From the NCBI RefSeq assembly GCF_006345805.1, contig NC_042997.1, positions 109,926,001 to 109,990,000 on the forward strand: a DNA stretch of 64,000 bases. Direction: 5' to 3'. The DNA comes from Octopus sinensis. Taxonomy: Eukaryota. Numbering within the stretch: position 1 is the stretch's first letter; each line of letters starts with the position of its first letter. The position numbers and the translations under genes are program-made. The notes under the pieces are model-generated. The model saw only the letters and a program-made list of their open reading frames with translations, had not been told where the DNA came from and made no database searches. Positions 25,867 to 39,944 of this stretch are shown one piece after another.

Positions 25867-27471
25867 ATCATTTTTGCCGATGAATGTACAGAAGCAGAAG
25901 GTCGAAGCTGGCACATGAAACACTTCTGTTGTTTCGAATGTGATTTTCAGCTGGGTGGAACACGTTACTTCATGCGAGAAGGCCGTCCCTATTGCTGCGA
26001 CTGCTTTGATAGGATGTATACCCGCTATTGTGATACGTGTGGAGATAGTATCAGTACTGAAGAAGATCAGATAATGTACGAAGGCCAGCATTGGCATGCT
26101 CTTCCTCAATGCTTCAAGTGTCACACGTGTCAAAAGTCATTACTGGGACAACGATATTTACCGAAACATGGCGTTATATATTGCTCTGCGTCGTGCAGCC
26201 GTGCGGGGTCAATGCAGACCCAGACACCCAGGAGGCCCGAAGACTATTTTCATGATTTAAATCTCCAGAGTTATGCCTTGCCCCATTCCCCTCCAGCCCA
26301 ACACCAAATGTCGCTGTCCATCCATGATGCATCACTGGAACCTCCGTTGACCAGTGACTTCCAGCAACAATGTACGTTGGACAGCTGCGTCTCATCCGAC
26401 CGCGACCAGGGCTACGCGACAAGCAGCAATAGCGAGGTATATGCCCCGCTCGGCGGGTTCGATTATGTCCGACCAGTTACACCTCACAAAGACGAAACAG
26501 ATATATTTGATTACGATTTTACTCGAAATGGTTTTGTGGACTCAGCACCTGTTTGTAAGGAGCTCAGGAGAAAAAACCGTTTGTCTCAGTTCTCAATGCC
26601 AGACTTAACGAAAGATATGCCAGGTTCACCGGAAACCGAGAGGAGAGCTGCGTTCAATAACTGGAACAGAGGCCGACACGGCTCTGAACGAAATCTCGAT
26701 AATCCACAGCATCTTAATGACTACAAGCGACCCGAGGAGGAAAATATCTACCAGGAAATTCTATCGAATCATGTTTCTTCGTATAACAGATCCAGCTCGT
26801 CGACAGAATGTTCAGTGAAAACGTGTCAAAGCGACGTTTTGCAGCAACACAAGCGAAACGAACGCTCTTTGACGCCAACCAGAGATTACTCGTCGATACC
26901 GTTGCCTGATGACAAGAAAATGAATCCGATATCAAGGCCGAATGACCCGCGAATTCAATATGAAATTAGGCAGCATTTAATCCAGCAACAACAGCAACAG
27001 CAAGGAATACCGCAACAGCAACATCGCCACCTTCAGCAGCAGTATCAGCTGCAACAACAGCAGCAGCAACAACAACAACAGCAACAACACATGCCACTCG
27101 GCTGCCCACGGAGTCGCAGTTTCGATAGCCGGCCCATGGTTGTTCATTTTAGTGAGCCACCACATCAGGGAGAAATATCAACGACAGGAGAATACAAACG
27201 AAGCCCTTCAGATCCAGCCTTATCTAGTAACAGTGAAAAATACGTCGATGGCGGTCACGCAGACGACCATTGCAGCACGTGTTCCAGTTCCAGTGACTCT
27301 GACGATTATTATTATTCTTTCGACTGTTCCAGTCGTTATGGTACGCGTATTTCCTACGTGGATGACGTCGGTATGTCCGTGTGTAGAATGGGACGTGGTG
27401 GCCGTGTGGAAGGTCGGAATGTTAGTGGTAGAAGCCATCGTGGTCGAAGCAAACACTGTGCAATATCTTAA
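25867..27471 (+). CDS. prickle: Prickle-like protein, terminal exon (LIM2, LIM3, low-complexity C-terminus, CaaX)
   Basis: [25 protein letters not shown]... gives LIM2 and LIM3. [13 protein letters not shown] motif resembles the Prickle C-terminal conserved block, and the protein ends KHCAIS-stop (CaaX), which favours Prickle over Testin. TTTCAG acceptor ends 25866; TAA stop at 27469-27471. Confidence 0.95.
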   Translation: MIFADECTEAEGRSWHMKHFCCFECDFQLGGTRYFMREGRPYCCDCFDRMYTRYCDTCGDSISTEEDQIMYEGQHWHALPQCFKCHTCQKSLLGQRYLPKHGVIYCSASCSRAGSMQTQTPRRPEDYFHDLNLQSYALPHSPPAQHQMSLSIHDASLEPPLTSDFQQQCTLDSCVSSDRDQGYATSSNSEVYAPLGGFDYVRPVTPHKDETDIFDYDFTRNGFVDSAPVCKELRRKNRLSQFSMPDLTKDMPGSPETERRAAFNNWNRGRHGSERNLDNPQHLNDYKRPEEENIYQEILSNHVSSYNRSSSSTECSVKTCQSDVLQQHKRNERSLTPTRDYSSIPLPDDKKMNPISRPNDPRIQYEIRQHLIQQQQQQQGIPQQQHRHLQQQYQLQQQQQQQQQQQQHMPLGCPRSRSFDSRPMVVHFSEPPHQGEISTTGEYKRSPSDPALSSNSEKYVDGGHADDHCSTCSSSSDSDDYYYSFDCSSRYGTRISYVDDVGMSVCRMGRGGRVEGRNVSGRSHRGRSKHCAIS

Positions 27472-27916
27472 TAAAAGGAATCATTCAATCTAGATTGTCC
27501 ATTTTCCCTGGCATTGATAGAATGTTGCGAACCTCTTAAAAAGAAAACGACATTCGCACAATCTGCAGTCCTAATTCTTTCGCTATCAACATCAACAGCA
27601 ACAACAATAACAAGACGAAGAAATGCGACAACTTCGACAATGATTGGTTACAGAAGTGATTAAAGAAGATTCAAGGTAGAAGACATAATACACTTAGAAG
27701 TTTTAGATAATCTGAATTGGATAAGATGTGAACTGGATTGCGTTATTGGTTAAATGGAAAAGTAGAGAGGTGAGACGAGAAAGAAAAAATAGAATAATTA
27801 TAGAAAAAGAAGACGAGAGAAAATGTCTGACAACGCAATTGTTCGGTTAAGATGATGTTTTGACCCTTTTTTATTGCGGGGAGAGACGAATGAGGTGATT
27901 TCTCCTCTTGGCCGAA

Positions 27917-27965
<49 letters not shown>

Positions 27966-29180
27966 TAATAATAATCATAATAATAATAACGATGACAAGA
28001 AGTATGTATGTGCATATACATATATGGTTTCACTGTTGATGCTTGTTTAAGCCTCCAAAAATATACAAAGGCAAGAAATGTTGAAAAAAAAAACAGAAAC
28101 TTCAGACAGGTGAGATAATGAAGTTGACAAGTAATTATTGAAAATGGATAAAAAGAGAAAAAAAAAACAACAACATGCGAAACTCCCATAAATGGATTTG
28201 ATTGGTTCATCAGAAATATATATATATATTTCGGTATAAATATATATAAATAATAATAAAAGCAAGTAAAATAAGCTTCGATTGAAATCTGGTCAAAAAC
28301 TGCCGGATTTAATTGTTTTTTCTTGTTTGTTGTTTTTAGTTTTCTTGTTTGTTTCTACTTCTTCTCCGGCCCCTCCCCTCAAAGCAATGTATACTCCGAG
28401 CTCCTTGTTGTTTTTGTTGATGTTGATGTTTTCCTAAGTTATTCATTATTCATTATTCAAAAAAGAAAGACCATAAACCCAAAGCTATCCTCTTCCTCCT
28501 CCATCTCTTCACTAGTTGATTGTTTGTTATAAATGTCTTCTGTGACACCCCCTCCTCTTATTAAACAACAAGGTACGCTAATTCACCGAGTGAACATTAT
28601 AATAAACAATTACAAATAATTAAAAAAAAAACGAATATATTGAAAAGAAAAGACCTGTTTTACCCATTTTTCGTTTATTTTTCCAAACTAGTGTACCTGG
28701 AAATATTCTGTGAAAACATTGACAAAAATATATATAATAAAAAAGAGAAAAACAGCAGGAAGGAGAAAATAATGAAATAGGATTTTTTTATTATTTAAAA
28801 AACGAAAAAATACTAAAAAAAAAAAACATTTTACGAAAAAAAAACAATAACATATTTTTTTGTGACTTTAATTCTCAAACGAAGCGTTGGGTGCCAGACC
28901 CACGTCACTGAGATTCTATGCCTTCTTTATAAAGAATTACTTTAAAATTAAAAAAAAAACCCCAAAACAATGATGACGAGAATTTAATCCCTATCTTCCC
29001 CTATTCTCGATAAAAAAAATAACAAAAAGAAAAGTAAATAATTTTCCATTCTATTAAAATGCTGTTGCAATATTACTGTTGTCTTTAGATAAATCTCTTC
29101 AGAGAGAGAAAAAAACCAAACAACATGACTTGAATGCTTCCAATGTAAGAATTGTCCCCTGTGCGGATTCCCACACACAC
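27472..29180 (+). other. Probable long AT-rich 3' UTR of prickle (end uncertain)
   Basis: SINE-free A/T-rich sequence directly after the stop codon with several AATAAA hexamers, ending at a large microsatellite block. The end point is a guess. Confidence 0.4.
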
Positions 29181-29264
29181 AGGACAATTCTATATCTCTG
29201 TCTATATATTATATTATATAACCTGCAATAATTGAACCTCTAATACATTGTGTTGTCCAATTTC

Positions 29265-29267
29265 ATG

Positions 29268-29298
<31 letters not shown>

Positions 29299-29413
29299 GT
29301 ATATAGATATATATGTATGTATATGTATATAGATATATATGTATGTATATGTATGTATATGTATATATACATATATGTATGTATATGTATATATACATAT
29401 ATGTATGTATATG

Positions 29414-29444
<31 letters not shown>

Positions 29445-30962
29445 GTGTATATATATAATCTATGTATATATATATGCATGTATGTGTATATATATATATA
29501 CATTATATATATATTCATATATATTATATATAGATAATATTATATTACGTATATTATATATATATATTAATATATATATTACGTATATAATATATTATAT
29601 ATACATATATAATATAATATATTATGTATATAATATATATATTATATAATAAAACATATATATGTACATATATATGTACTATAGATAATATATATATAAA
29701 ATATAATACTTATAAATAAACATATATATATGATATATAATACGTATATATATATGTGTGTGTATATATGTATGTATATGGATATATATGTATATGTGTG
29801 TATATATGTATATATATATGTGTGTGTGTGTATATATGTATATATATGTTTGTATATATATATATATATACATACACATGTGTGTATATGTGTGTGGATA
29901 TGTATATATAACAATGTGTATGTGTGGATATGTATATATAACAATGTATGTGTGTGTATGTACATATATGTATACACATGTTGGTATCTATGTGTATACA
30001 TATGTATTGAATTATATAAGCATGTAAACCTACACACTGAGTGTACCCACACACAAAATGGAATTTATTTATATATTATAAATATTAGAGTGATATATCA
30101 ACATACTCAACTGTGTGTGTCTATGCATGGTGACATGTATATAACACACATATATGTATGTGTACATATATTTATATTCATATATGTATACATGCAGCTA
30201 TACATGTGTACATATGCATCTATGTATATAAACTTGTATGTACTTATCTGCACATACGATATATATATATATGTATGTGTGTATGTATATACGTATATGT
30301 GTTTATGTATATACGTATGTGTGTGGTGGTATGTATATATATATATATATATAAATGTAAATATGTACGTACATACGCACACATATAGAACGTGTGAATG
30401 GGTATGTAGTTATGTGTTCCAGTATATATATATGTATATATATATATGTATGTATATATGTATGTATATATATATATATGTTGGATATATATATATATGT
30501 ATATATATATGTTATATATATATGTATATATATATATGTATATATATATATGTATGTATATATATATATATGTATGTATATATATATATGTATGTATATT
30601 ATGTGTATATATATATGTGTATATATAATATGTGTATATATATATATATGGTATATATATATGTATATATATATATATGTATGTATATATATATGTAATA
30701 TATATATATTGTAATATATATACTGTATATATATATGTATATATATATATGTATATTATATATATGTATGTATATATATATATATGTATGTATATATATA
30801 TATGTATTGTATATAGGGTGTATATATATATGTGTATATATATATATGTGTATATATATATATATATGGTTATATATATATGTGATATATATATATGTAT
30901 GTAGATATACTATATATATATTATACTATATATGTATGTATATATATATAATAATATATATA

Positions 30963-30993
<31 letters not shown>

Positions 30994-30995
30994 GG
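29265..30995. repeat. 1.7-kb degenerate (TA)n/(TATG)n/(TG)n block
   Basis: Directly visible. Confidence 0.92.
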
Positions 30996-32029
30996 ATTGT
31001 ATCTAAGCACTCTATGCATGCAGGTATAGTCTATGTATACAAAATGCATGCAAAAATGCCTCCTAATTAATTTTTAAAAATTAAATAACCAAACAATTAA
31101 TTGTTATATAAAAACAATGATTGTTTTGATGTATATTTCATTATTATTATTATTATTATCATTATTATTATTATTATTATTGCTGGGTTTGAGTTTTATA
31201 GGTGAATCCATGTATAGAAATTTTCATTTTAACTTTGTGGAATTGCCAGACAGAAATGTTATTATAGTAATTGATGATGATGATGATAATGATGACGATG
31301 AAAGAAGTAAGAGAATGGAGGCGAAAAATATCGCAGTCTAACCTGAACAACTCAAAGAAAGGAAAAAATAAATATGACTTCTTTATTTATGTATTTAACT
31401 ATTTTTCCATTTTTCTGTTTATAATTTTTCAATTTTGTTTGTTAATCGCCAGCGTCATAAATATGGCGTATGAACGGTGAAGCGACTCGTGTCCGTAGAG
31501 CGACGGTCTCTTGTCTCAAAACGAGGCAAACATCACAATTGCTTTACCAAATGACCTCTTGACATAACGCATAATCGCCACTGATCCCCAGTGCCAGCCC
31601 ATCTATAACTTGAAGGCGTCACGCCTGTGTAACAAATATTTTTTTCATTTTTCTCTTTTTTTTTTCAATTTTCAAGGATCACGTGATATTGGCACCCAAT
31701 AAAAATAGGAAACAATATGTATTTTGTTTTAGTTTTGATTGATAAACATGTCTGTTGTTTGAATTATGTGGGTTCCTTTTCTCTCTCAGGAATTGGGCTG
31801 TCATACATATATGTTGACATCCGTGTCTACACACACATTTCCGGTATCTGTAGCTAGTGAGTAGATAACTACTCCGAAATGTGTACATCCCACAGTCTGG
31901 GTAGTGGGTGCTGCAAGCTGACTCTGTGTATTTGCACCTATTTGTCCACAGCGGGTACTTTTCTCCATTACAGGTTTATTTGCTGGTTTCGATATGCCTC
32001 AAGCATATTTGAATTCTTGACAAGTTTCG

Positions 32030-32605
32030 TTTAATGTACACACAGTATACAGATATAAATTACTAATAATTTCTTAATTGGAGACACGGATATAGGCAGG
32101 TTCTTATGACACTCCTTGTGTTTCCAAGCAATTTCTGGCTCTGAACACATGGTCTATACAATTTGCAAATCAGGATGCTGATACAAGAGAAATTACCAGA
32201 AAAACGAGATGGGATATTTGTTTTAGATCTAAGAATTCCACCGCACCACTGAATTCCAGAGCCGAAATTTTCAACAAATGCAAATATACGGACAAGTTTC
32301 TTTTGACTAACTGTAAGACACAACACTCTCCGGATTGAGCAGCTGTCTCGCAGATTTTGGACCCTTTTCCAATGAATTACTCTACAACAGCTAGCTAATT
32401 GTGGATTTATGGTCAAAGGGGACATGACGCCGTTTTTCTTTTCATTTTCCGTTTTATTCATCCATCCTTTCATTTTTGCGTCTACCTTCTCGTTTTTTCT
32501 GAAGATTGCTTAGCAACACAAGACGTGTTATAAAAACCTGCCTAAAGCCATGTCTCCAAGAAGGAAACTATTTGTAGCTCCTATTTTTATTCAGTGTACA
32601 TCAAA
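32030..32605. mobile_element. Fold-back element with long imperfect inverted arms; shorter relative at about 50500-50700
   Basis: 32070-32112 vs the reverse complement of 32525-32567 match 35/43; the same arm sequence recurs at 50542-50585 and 50633-50677. Confidence 0.75.
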
Positions 32606-33344
32606 TATTTATATCTCACTGGGTGGAGTACTTTTTTGTCAAATTTACCTTAACGGAATAGTAAACTATATATGCGCGCGCCCGTGTGTGTGTGTGGAGA
32701 GAGAGACAGAGGGAGGAGTATATGTTTCCGTGCTATTGAAACCTAAAACTGCGTAACAGATCCCAAGTATTAAGAACTCCCTATGGAATTCCGTTTGTGT
32801 ATTTGAATTGCATTCTTTGTTATTAAATCCATGTTTGAGTTTTGCATGTATGATGTTTTATAATTAACCACATACTCTTACGTACGTTTCATTAACATAA
32901 GGTGATTATTGGTTACATAAATGTAAATTGCATAATCAAGTTTTAGAGTCGAAATGGTGAGGGACATCTAAATATTATAAGTAATAATAATTGGATTGAA
33001 AAGATGACAGTATTCACTAATCGTGGAAATGGTTCGCGGTTTGGCATTAAATATTTTTTTACGTAACTAATAAAAGCCTTACGTTAATGCGTGCGTACAC
33101 ACACAGGCATGCGCTTGCGCAAGGGTTATAAAATATTCTAAGTTGAGCAAGATGAAATTGTTAGTCTGCCATCATGAAGTCCACAACTGATTTGAGATAT
33201 TTGCAACGTAGAACAGTGCAGCAAGAAGTCCTTATCCCGTGCGTGCATCGTGGAATAAACGTTAAGACTGAGTCGAGGGGGGGGGGTTGTTATGGATAAA
33301 ATGGGGCTCTGTAAATTACTTTATGTAATCAAGTGAAAGACGGA

Positions 33345-33550
33345 GCCTTGAGGTGATCGCTCAGTTTGCTAGAAATAGCTGTTACATGTACCGCAAATTC
33401 ATCGAATCATACATGCCACTTTCTCAAAGAGAAGCCTTTGAACATTTTTTCATAGATATACTACATTTGAAAGAAAAGAAAGAATAGTCATGGCTGGAAC
33501 GCTTATTGTCAGGACTCTTGTCCAGGTGGTTGACCTGGTGTTAAACAACT
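33345..33550 (+). mobile_element. Old interspersed repeat (family D); relatives at about 6640-7035, 13075-13510 and 56600-56690
   Basis: Shared motifs gctagaaatagc, gtcatggctg(g)aa and ttgacctgg.g.taaacaac. Confidence 0.5.
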
Positions 33551-34749
33551 GTTATCTATTCCATCATCACGAGAGGAAATAAAAAATATAAATATGAGAT
33601 TCGAACCTTAAACGAAAGGAACCAAAACCGTACTCACCACATTACATTTAATACTAGGCAGTGATGATTTTGTTATGTCGGGCGGTACTTTAAAAGCTAG
33701 TGGGATTTCGTATTTCAAACAATGTTTCGATTTTGAGAAATTACAAGAGCGTTCGTTGCCTGTCATATGACAAGTAACTTCCAATGTATACTTTCCTGCC
33801 AGGTGTCATCTCAGGAAATACAGGCGTCAGCAAGAGTAGATAGACAGTTGCTTAATATAAGTGGAATCTTAAACTTGATTGTGGAATCTGCAGGAGACCC
33901 CTAGTTCATTGGAAGTTTTTTTTTTCTAGTGTCTTTGAAATTAAAACAACATCCCCAATTCATACTAAGCAACTATAGACCCTCTTTTGTCCACAGTAAT
34001 TTAAATGTTTATTAAATTTCTTGGTGCTTATTACAAAATGAAGGAATGGAAACGAATTTTCAAAAGAAGTCTATTTATTATCCTAAAATGTAATCAAATA
34101 GCGCAAAACAATGATGCATTTATTCATTCTTAATACATTCCGGTAGATTCGAACGAGAATATGATAATCGCTGTAGTAATTTGTCAACAGAGGACAATTC
34201 TTTCGTTTGTATAACTACTCTGACATTTACTTCTTCTCTTCTTGCTCCTCTATGGTTCTTTCTCCCTCACTCCGTGTATAGCATTCAATTATTCATTGCC
34301 TGCCACCAACCCTAGTATGTGTGCTCGCCTTCAGTCCAACATTTATATCGGTTATTATCTACAGACAAGTGAAAGGGAAATGCGATTTTCAGAAAGAGTG
34401 TTTCTAAATACATCACGTGTAGAAACCTGACAGTCGGCAGTTTCTGTCCCACCATTTACTTCACTTGAAGAACATTAGTTCCAGAAAGCCAGGAATATCC
34501 TACAGAAATATTCCTCAACTAAAACCGTTGATTCAATTGGTTGATCAACTGGATAGATATACTTCGTGGAAATATTTCTAACAATCTTATTATTTACATA
34601 CACATATATGGTTCCACGCACTGGGATTGAATCCGGAACCCTGCGGTTGGAAAGCAAAGTTCTTACCACACAGCAACGTCAGCGCCTATATATATGTATA
34701 TATATATATATACATGCACACACATTGTAATGTATATGTATATACATAT

Positions 34750-34796
<47 letters not shown>

Positions 34797-35399
34797 CATA
34801 TGCAAAAACACACGTTTATGTTTGTTTTGCAAGATTCCTGATGTGAAAACGAGTGTTGAAACAAATATTATTATACTTGGGGATGGTCATATTTTGTCAA
34901 CTAAACACACGCACTGTATATTTGGTCTTCACTTCAGCTTTCTTATTATCTTTTTTTGCTTTTGTTTCTTTGTCAAAGCTCTTCGCTTACACATCATTAT
35001 CTCCCTTATTCGGCTTAGTCCATTTTGTCTTTCAAAAGGGCCTGAAAAATGGACTAAGCAAAACAAGACAGGATGTGTGACGAAAGAGCTTTGACGAAGA
35101 AACAACAATAATAATAATAAAGCTGAATGAAAGGCTAAACATATGTGTTGTGTTTAATTGACAAAATATGACCATCCTCAACTATGACGATATATATATA
35201 TATATATATATATAATTCTGAGGATTATAATGGTCCAAAATTCAATGCAACTTTATCTTGGAACTGTATAAATGTATATAATACAAACTATTATTATACT
35301 CCAGGACCGTGATTTCATTCAATCGGTTGACCTTCAGCAAGGCTTGAGTTAATAACGTTGCTTGTCGTCTGCCATGCATAAAAGGTGGCTCTGCTTTGA

Positions 35400-35745
35400 A
35401 ATTGCCATGAAAAAATATAAGGCACGTGTCGGTTAAATTGAAATTAGTTCGCTTCTTTATTATTTGGGTATGGGATAGGATGGTGGATAACATGCTGTCA
35501 TCTATCATGCTGCCTTTACAGAAGTCATCTGATGCTTTATGCCCTATTGCCCATGAGATGCTGGTAGTTTCTCGTTTGTCTCTCGAGTTCCAAATATACG
35601 CTGAAAGTGTTGTGGTGTTTTCTGTAGGTGATGACAGAACGATCAGCTGTGTTTATGCAGAAGACTTTTAAGAGCGCTCTGCAAACTCCCCACAGGTTGT
35701 AGACTGTTGTTGATGCTGACATTAACCCGATATATAATGCTTTAT
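35400..35745 (-). pseudogene. Decayed Penelope-like element GIY-YIG endonuclease region
   Basis: Frameshifted pieces IIYRVNVSINN / NLWGVC / TFSVYLELERQTRNY / ISWAIGHKAS..KGS / IKKRTNF..DTC are colinear with the C-terminal nuclease region of Penelope-like retroelements as I recall it. Confidence 0.55.
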
Positions 35746-37959
35746 TCCTTTGTATTTAAACTTTAAGGAGCAAAGCTGTGCATTTCGGTATCTGCGCGTT
35801 GGCTCTCATCTTTGGCTGTAGTATTGACCTCTGCTTCATAGAATATCACTACATTATTCATCACACGATTCCAATTCTAAACGCAAGGAATCAGATAATA
35901 TCAACTATCAACACGTGTCCAGATTTTCAAAGAATCCTGCTCACCCCACTCTGATGGCTGACGGACGAAACCCGAACCTCTAGACTACCTACAATCGAAC
36001 CAGTTTGAGGCAGTCTACAAGGATCGATAACTGCTGCTGTGTTTAAGTTTGTACATTGTTTTGCGCATGTCTACAACATGAATTCTGTTATACTTTATAA
36101 TTATGTGTTATTTCCTTCTTACATAATATTATACGTCATCTGTGCCATTTTGCAACTAGCAGGCGTCTTACAGATTCCACATCTCAAATTGGTGCGTCTT
36201 CTCTGAAACACCGAGTGTATATATATCGCTATGTTCATCTGAATGTACGTGAGTGTATGTCTACTTAAATCTGCATGAGAATCATACATTGCAGGTGTGT
36301 GTGTGTGTGTAAGCCTGTCAATGTGTGTATTAAAATAACTTCATGTGCCTTAATCAGTGATGGCGACTGATTAACAGCTTCATGTAGAGGTAGCTCCACT
36401 CACTCCACCCATCATTTCCACTATTTTACCTTGCGCCTAATTACTATCATTTAAAGCATTGTTATAATATTATGTAATTAAAAACCTATCGGAGTATTTG
36501 CGTTTTTTTCTTAAATTAGCTTCACCTGTGGAACCTGACTGAATTTAATAAAACACACGTGAAGCAGGCCTAATTTCGGATGAAACCTGTTAATTACGGT
36601 ATTATCCTGCCATAAAATTAACTCCTTTCACCTTTATATATTTTCTTTTGTTTTATTATTTTTCAGCGCAGTCAAATGAAAATATCCATCGGTAAACTGT
36701 TTCTTTACTCTCGAGTGCAAACAGGTTTTAGCTTCAGATAACAATAATTGCGTCATGTTCCTTTCTGATATTTTACGGTGAACTACAATCAGCAGGAGAA
36801 AAACTGATCGATAATAATAAAAGTCAAAGAGCGTAAGGAATTGTGGGAGTTAATTACAAGGTAGAAGGATATCAGGTAACAAATGGGGAAAGTGTCGATG
36901 GCTTACACAAATGTTAAAGACATCCTGCAATTACTAAGCTAACAAAATTATTTTTCTCCGAAGATAACGAGTCGAAGCGAGGGAGAGAGAGAGAGAAAGC
37001 GAGAGAGACATACAGACAGGCTGGAGAAGAAAGTTAGAGGAAGGGTTTAAATAAATTCTATGTATTTCATTTAAAAATTCTCTAACGTGATCTCGGGAGT
37101 TGAATATATGTCGGACGTGATATTTAAACAGCAAGACGCCATATTTCCGTCAGCGAGACCAAGTTTTGGTATCATTAGTGTAAATATATAACCCACAACC
37201 AGTTATAACTGTTGTTATATTAAGTTATTTGATAATTAATTTATTTGAGAAGGTCTCCATCGTAAAGTAAAATTAACACATTTGCAAACAGACTTTGAAA
37301 GCTTCATTTCCAAAAGGTCACCAGAATCTGAATAAATAAAGGGAGAAATATCAGTAGGAAGGAAAAAGCGTCCTTATTTGTTATTGATTAGTCATGTGAC
37401 CACTTCTTCGTCCCGCGTGTCTTCCATGTTTTAGAAATATTTCTAACAATGATATCTAATTTTAGTACAACCCAGCAAATTGTAGTGGAGGCGTTCGACC
37501 TTGTATAAATTGACCTCAGTATAAATTCGATATGTATTTTATCGACAAAAAAGTAATAAAAGCAAAGTTGATTCCGGTAGAATTTGAATATATATATATG
37601 TATATATATTATATATATATATATATATAATATATATTATATATATATATATATATATCGTTTTGGGATTTGGTTTGCAAGATTATTTTTGTGTGTTGAA
37701 GCATATTTTGTTGTGTCTGGGGAGAGTCACTCTCTTTTTGTGCCTTATTATTTAACACACTCACCGATTCAGTTTCCACTCATTCACTCCTTTATTTAGA
37801 AAAAATAAAGAAAAATGTATGAATGTTCATATAAATACATTCCTACCCTATCCTTTAGAGTTTGTTTTTAAGGGATCATTCACTCACAATATACATGTAT
37901 GTGTGTGTGTGTGTGTGTAAATTCGTGCGTGTGTATGTGTGTATTTCCGAGTGCAATAA

Positions 37960-38320
37960 TGGAAGCACTCCGTCGGTTCCGACAACGGAACAGCCTGCTC
38001 GTGAAATTAACGTGTAAGTGGCTGAGCACTCCACAGACACGTGTACCCTTAACGTAGTTCTCGGGGATATTCAGCGTGACACAGAGAGTGACAAGGCCGG
38101 CCCTTTGAAATACAGGTACAACAGAAACTGGAAGTAAGAGTGAGAGAAAGTTGTAGTGAAAGAGTACAGCAGGGATCACCACCATCCTCTGCCGGAGCCT
38201 CGTGGAGCTTTAGGTGTTTTCGCTCAATAAACACTCACAACGCCCGGTCTGGGAATCGAAACCGCGATCCTACGACCGCGAGTCCACTGCCCTAACCACT
38301 GGGCCATTGCGCCTCCACTA
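37960..38320 (-). mobile_element. SINE family B, near full length
   Basis: Reverse complement begins tggaggcgcaatggcccagtggttagggcag; colinear with 3245-3625. Confidence 0.88.
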
Positions 38321-38593
38321 TAGTAGAGAGAACTCAAAACATGAGTATATATATGTGCATGCACGCGCGCATGTACGTTTTATGTATGTATATATGGATG
38401 TTTAAATGGATGTACATTCGATTTGATAGAAAGAGAGAGTGAGCTCATGTGTGGCACGTACATTTGATCACTATAAGCAAATCCTCTGTACAGGTCGTTC
38501 GGCAAAAGCTGAACGCTTAAACGGAAATGGTGAAGAAGGCTGCCGTATAGCTCACTGTCTCTCTGTCTATCTATCTTTCTATATGTGTGTGTT

Positions 38594-38678
<85 letters not shown>

Positions 38679-38716
38679 TATAGATAGATAGATAGATATA
38701 TAGATAGATATACATA

Positions 38717-38859
<143 letters not shown>

Positions 38860-38936
38860 GTATATATATAAAATTAACTGAATGCGATAAAAAATCCAAG
38901 GGTGTGAATAGTTTTCAGAATATCTATAAAGAGAAG

Positions 38937-38984
38937 GTCTTACAGCTGTTTCCAGGATATTTTATATATCCTTTCGTCAGAGAC
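38937..38984 (-). ncRNA. Type I hammerhead ribozyme candidate, canonical core
   Basis: GUCU-CUGACGA-A-AGGAUAU(AUAAA)AUAUCCU-G-GAA-ACAGCUGU-A-AGAC: 4-bp stem I, 7-bp stem II, palindromic stem III, GUA site. Confidence 0.75.
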
Positions 38985-39198
38985 GATGAGAGAAAATGTT
39001 TAAGTAATCGTTATTATAGAGAAGATATGAAATACAGAGTGAAGTGGATGAATGAAAACAGACGTGAGACACATGAGGATATTGTATCTGCAGTTTCATT
39101 ATTTAAGCAGAATGGTGTATATAGAAGTTTCCTGTACCTTGTGTGTAAGTTTCAATGGTATTTATAATTGGTCATTCCAAGCATAGAGTCTTGTAAAC

Positions 39199-39250
<52 letters not shown>

Positions 39251-39944
39251 ATGTATGTATATATGTATGTATGTATGCATGTATGTATGTATGTATGTAT
39301 GTATGTATGTATGTATGTATATACGTATGCGCGCGGCGCATGTGTGTTTGTGTTTGCCTTTGTCTCTTTACTGCTTTTTATCCGATGCTGGTTTGTTTAT
39401 ATTCCAATAACTTATGAGTTCCACTACAGAAAATTATTGAATAAGTACCAGACTTAAAAATAAAAATAAAAAAATAAATGAAAAAAAAAAGAAGTACTGG
39501 TGTCGAACTGCTCGACTAAACCTTGGTGGTGGGGAAGCTGCTCCAGTATGGCCGCAACCTCATAACTGAAACAAATCAGAGAATGGAATAAGAGAAGTCA
39601 AGCTTCTTTGATATGTTGACTCAAGGTTCCTGGGTGAAATGTTGTGTGTTTGTGTGTGAAGGGTGATGAGCTCCAACGGAGCCGACTCTTCTGGAGACTC
39701 TCTGTAGACTCTCAGGAAAACGGGTTTATACCTCCATCCTTACAAATAAGAGTCACAACAAATCCACCATTGTCAGCCTCTGATTTCTCTTCCCTTTTAA
39801 TTTCAAACATTAGATTTATTTACGTCATTAATGCCTTTATCAATGCTTTTGCTATGATCATAAACGTTCCAGTCACGACTCTCACCTCAATTTTACAGTG
39901 TTGGCATATCTATTCAATGACTCCTTAGTTTTTAATGACTGTAA

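Noticed and set aside
31420-31700. GC-richer unique segment downstream of prickle
   Set aside because: No open exon frame on either strand and no recognisable motif; cannot be called without comparative data.
32093-32544. TA-flanked 18-bp TIR suggesting a Tc1/mariner MITE
   Set aside because: The inverted repeat continues well beyond the TA dinucleotides, so they are internal rather than a TSD.
36540-36640. gcttcac/gtgaagc hairpin and ggat...atcc-gaaa on the minus strand
   Set aside because: No CUGANGA-like core; too degenerate to call.
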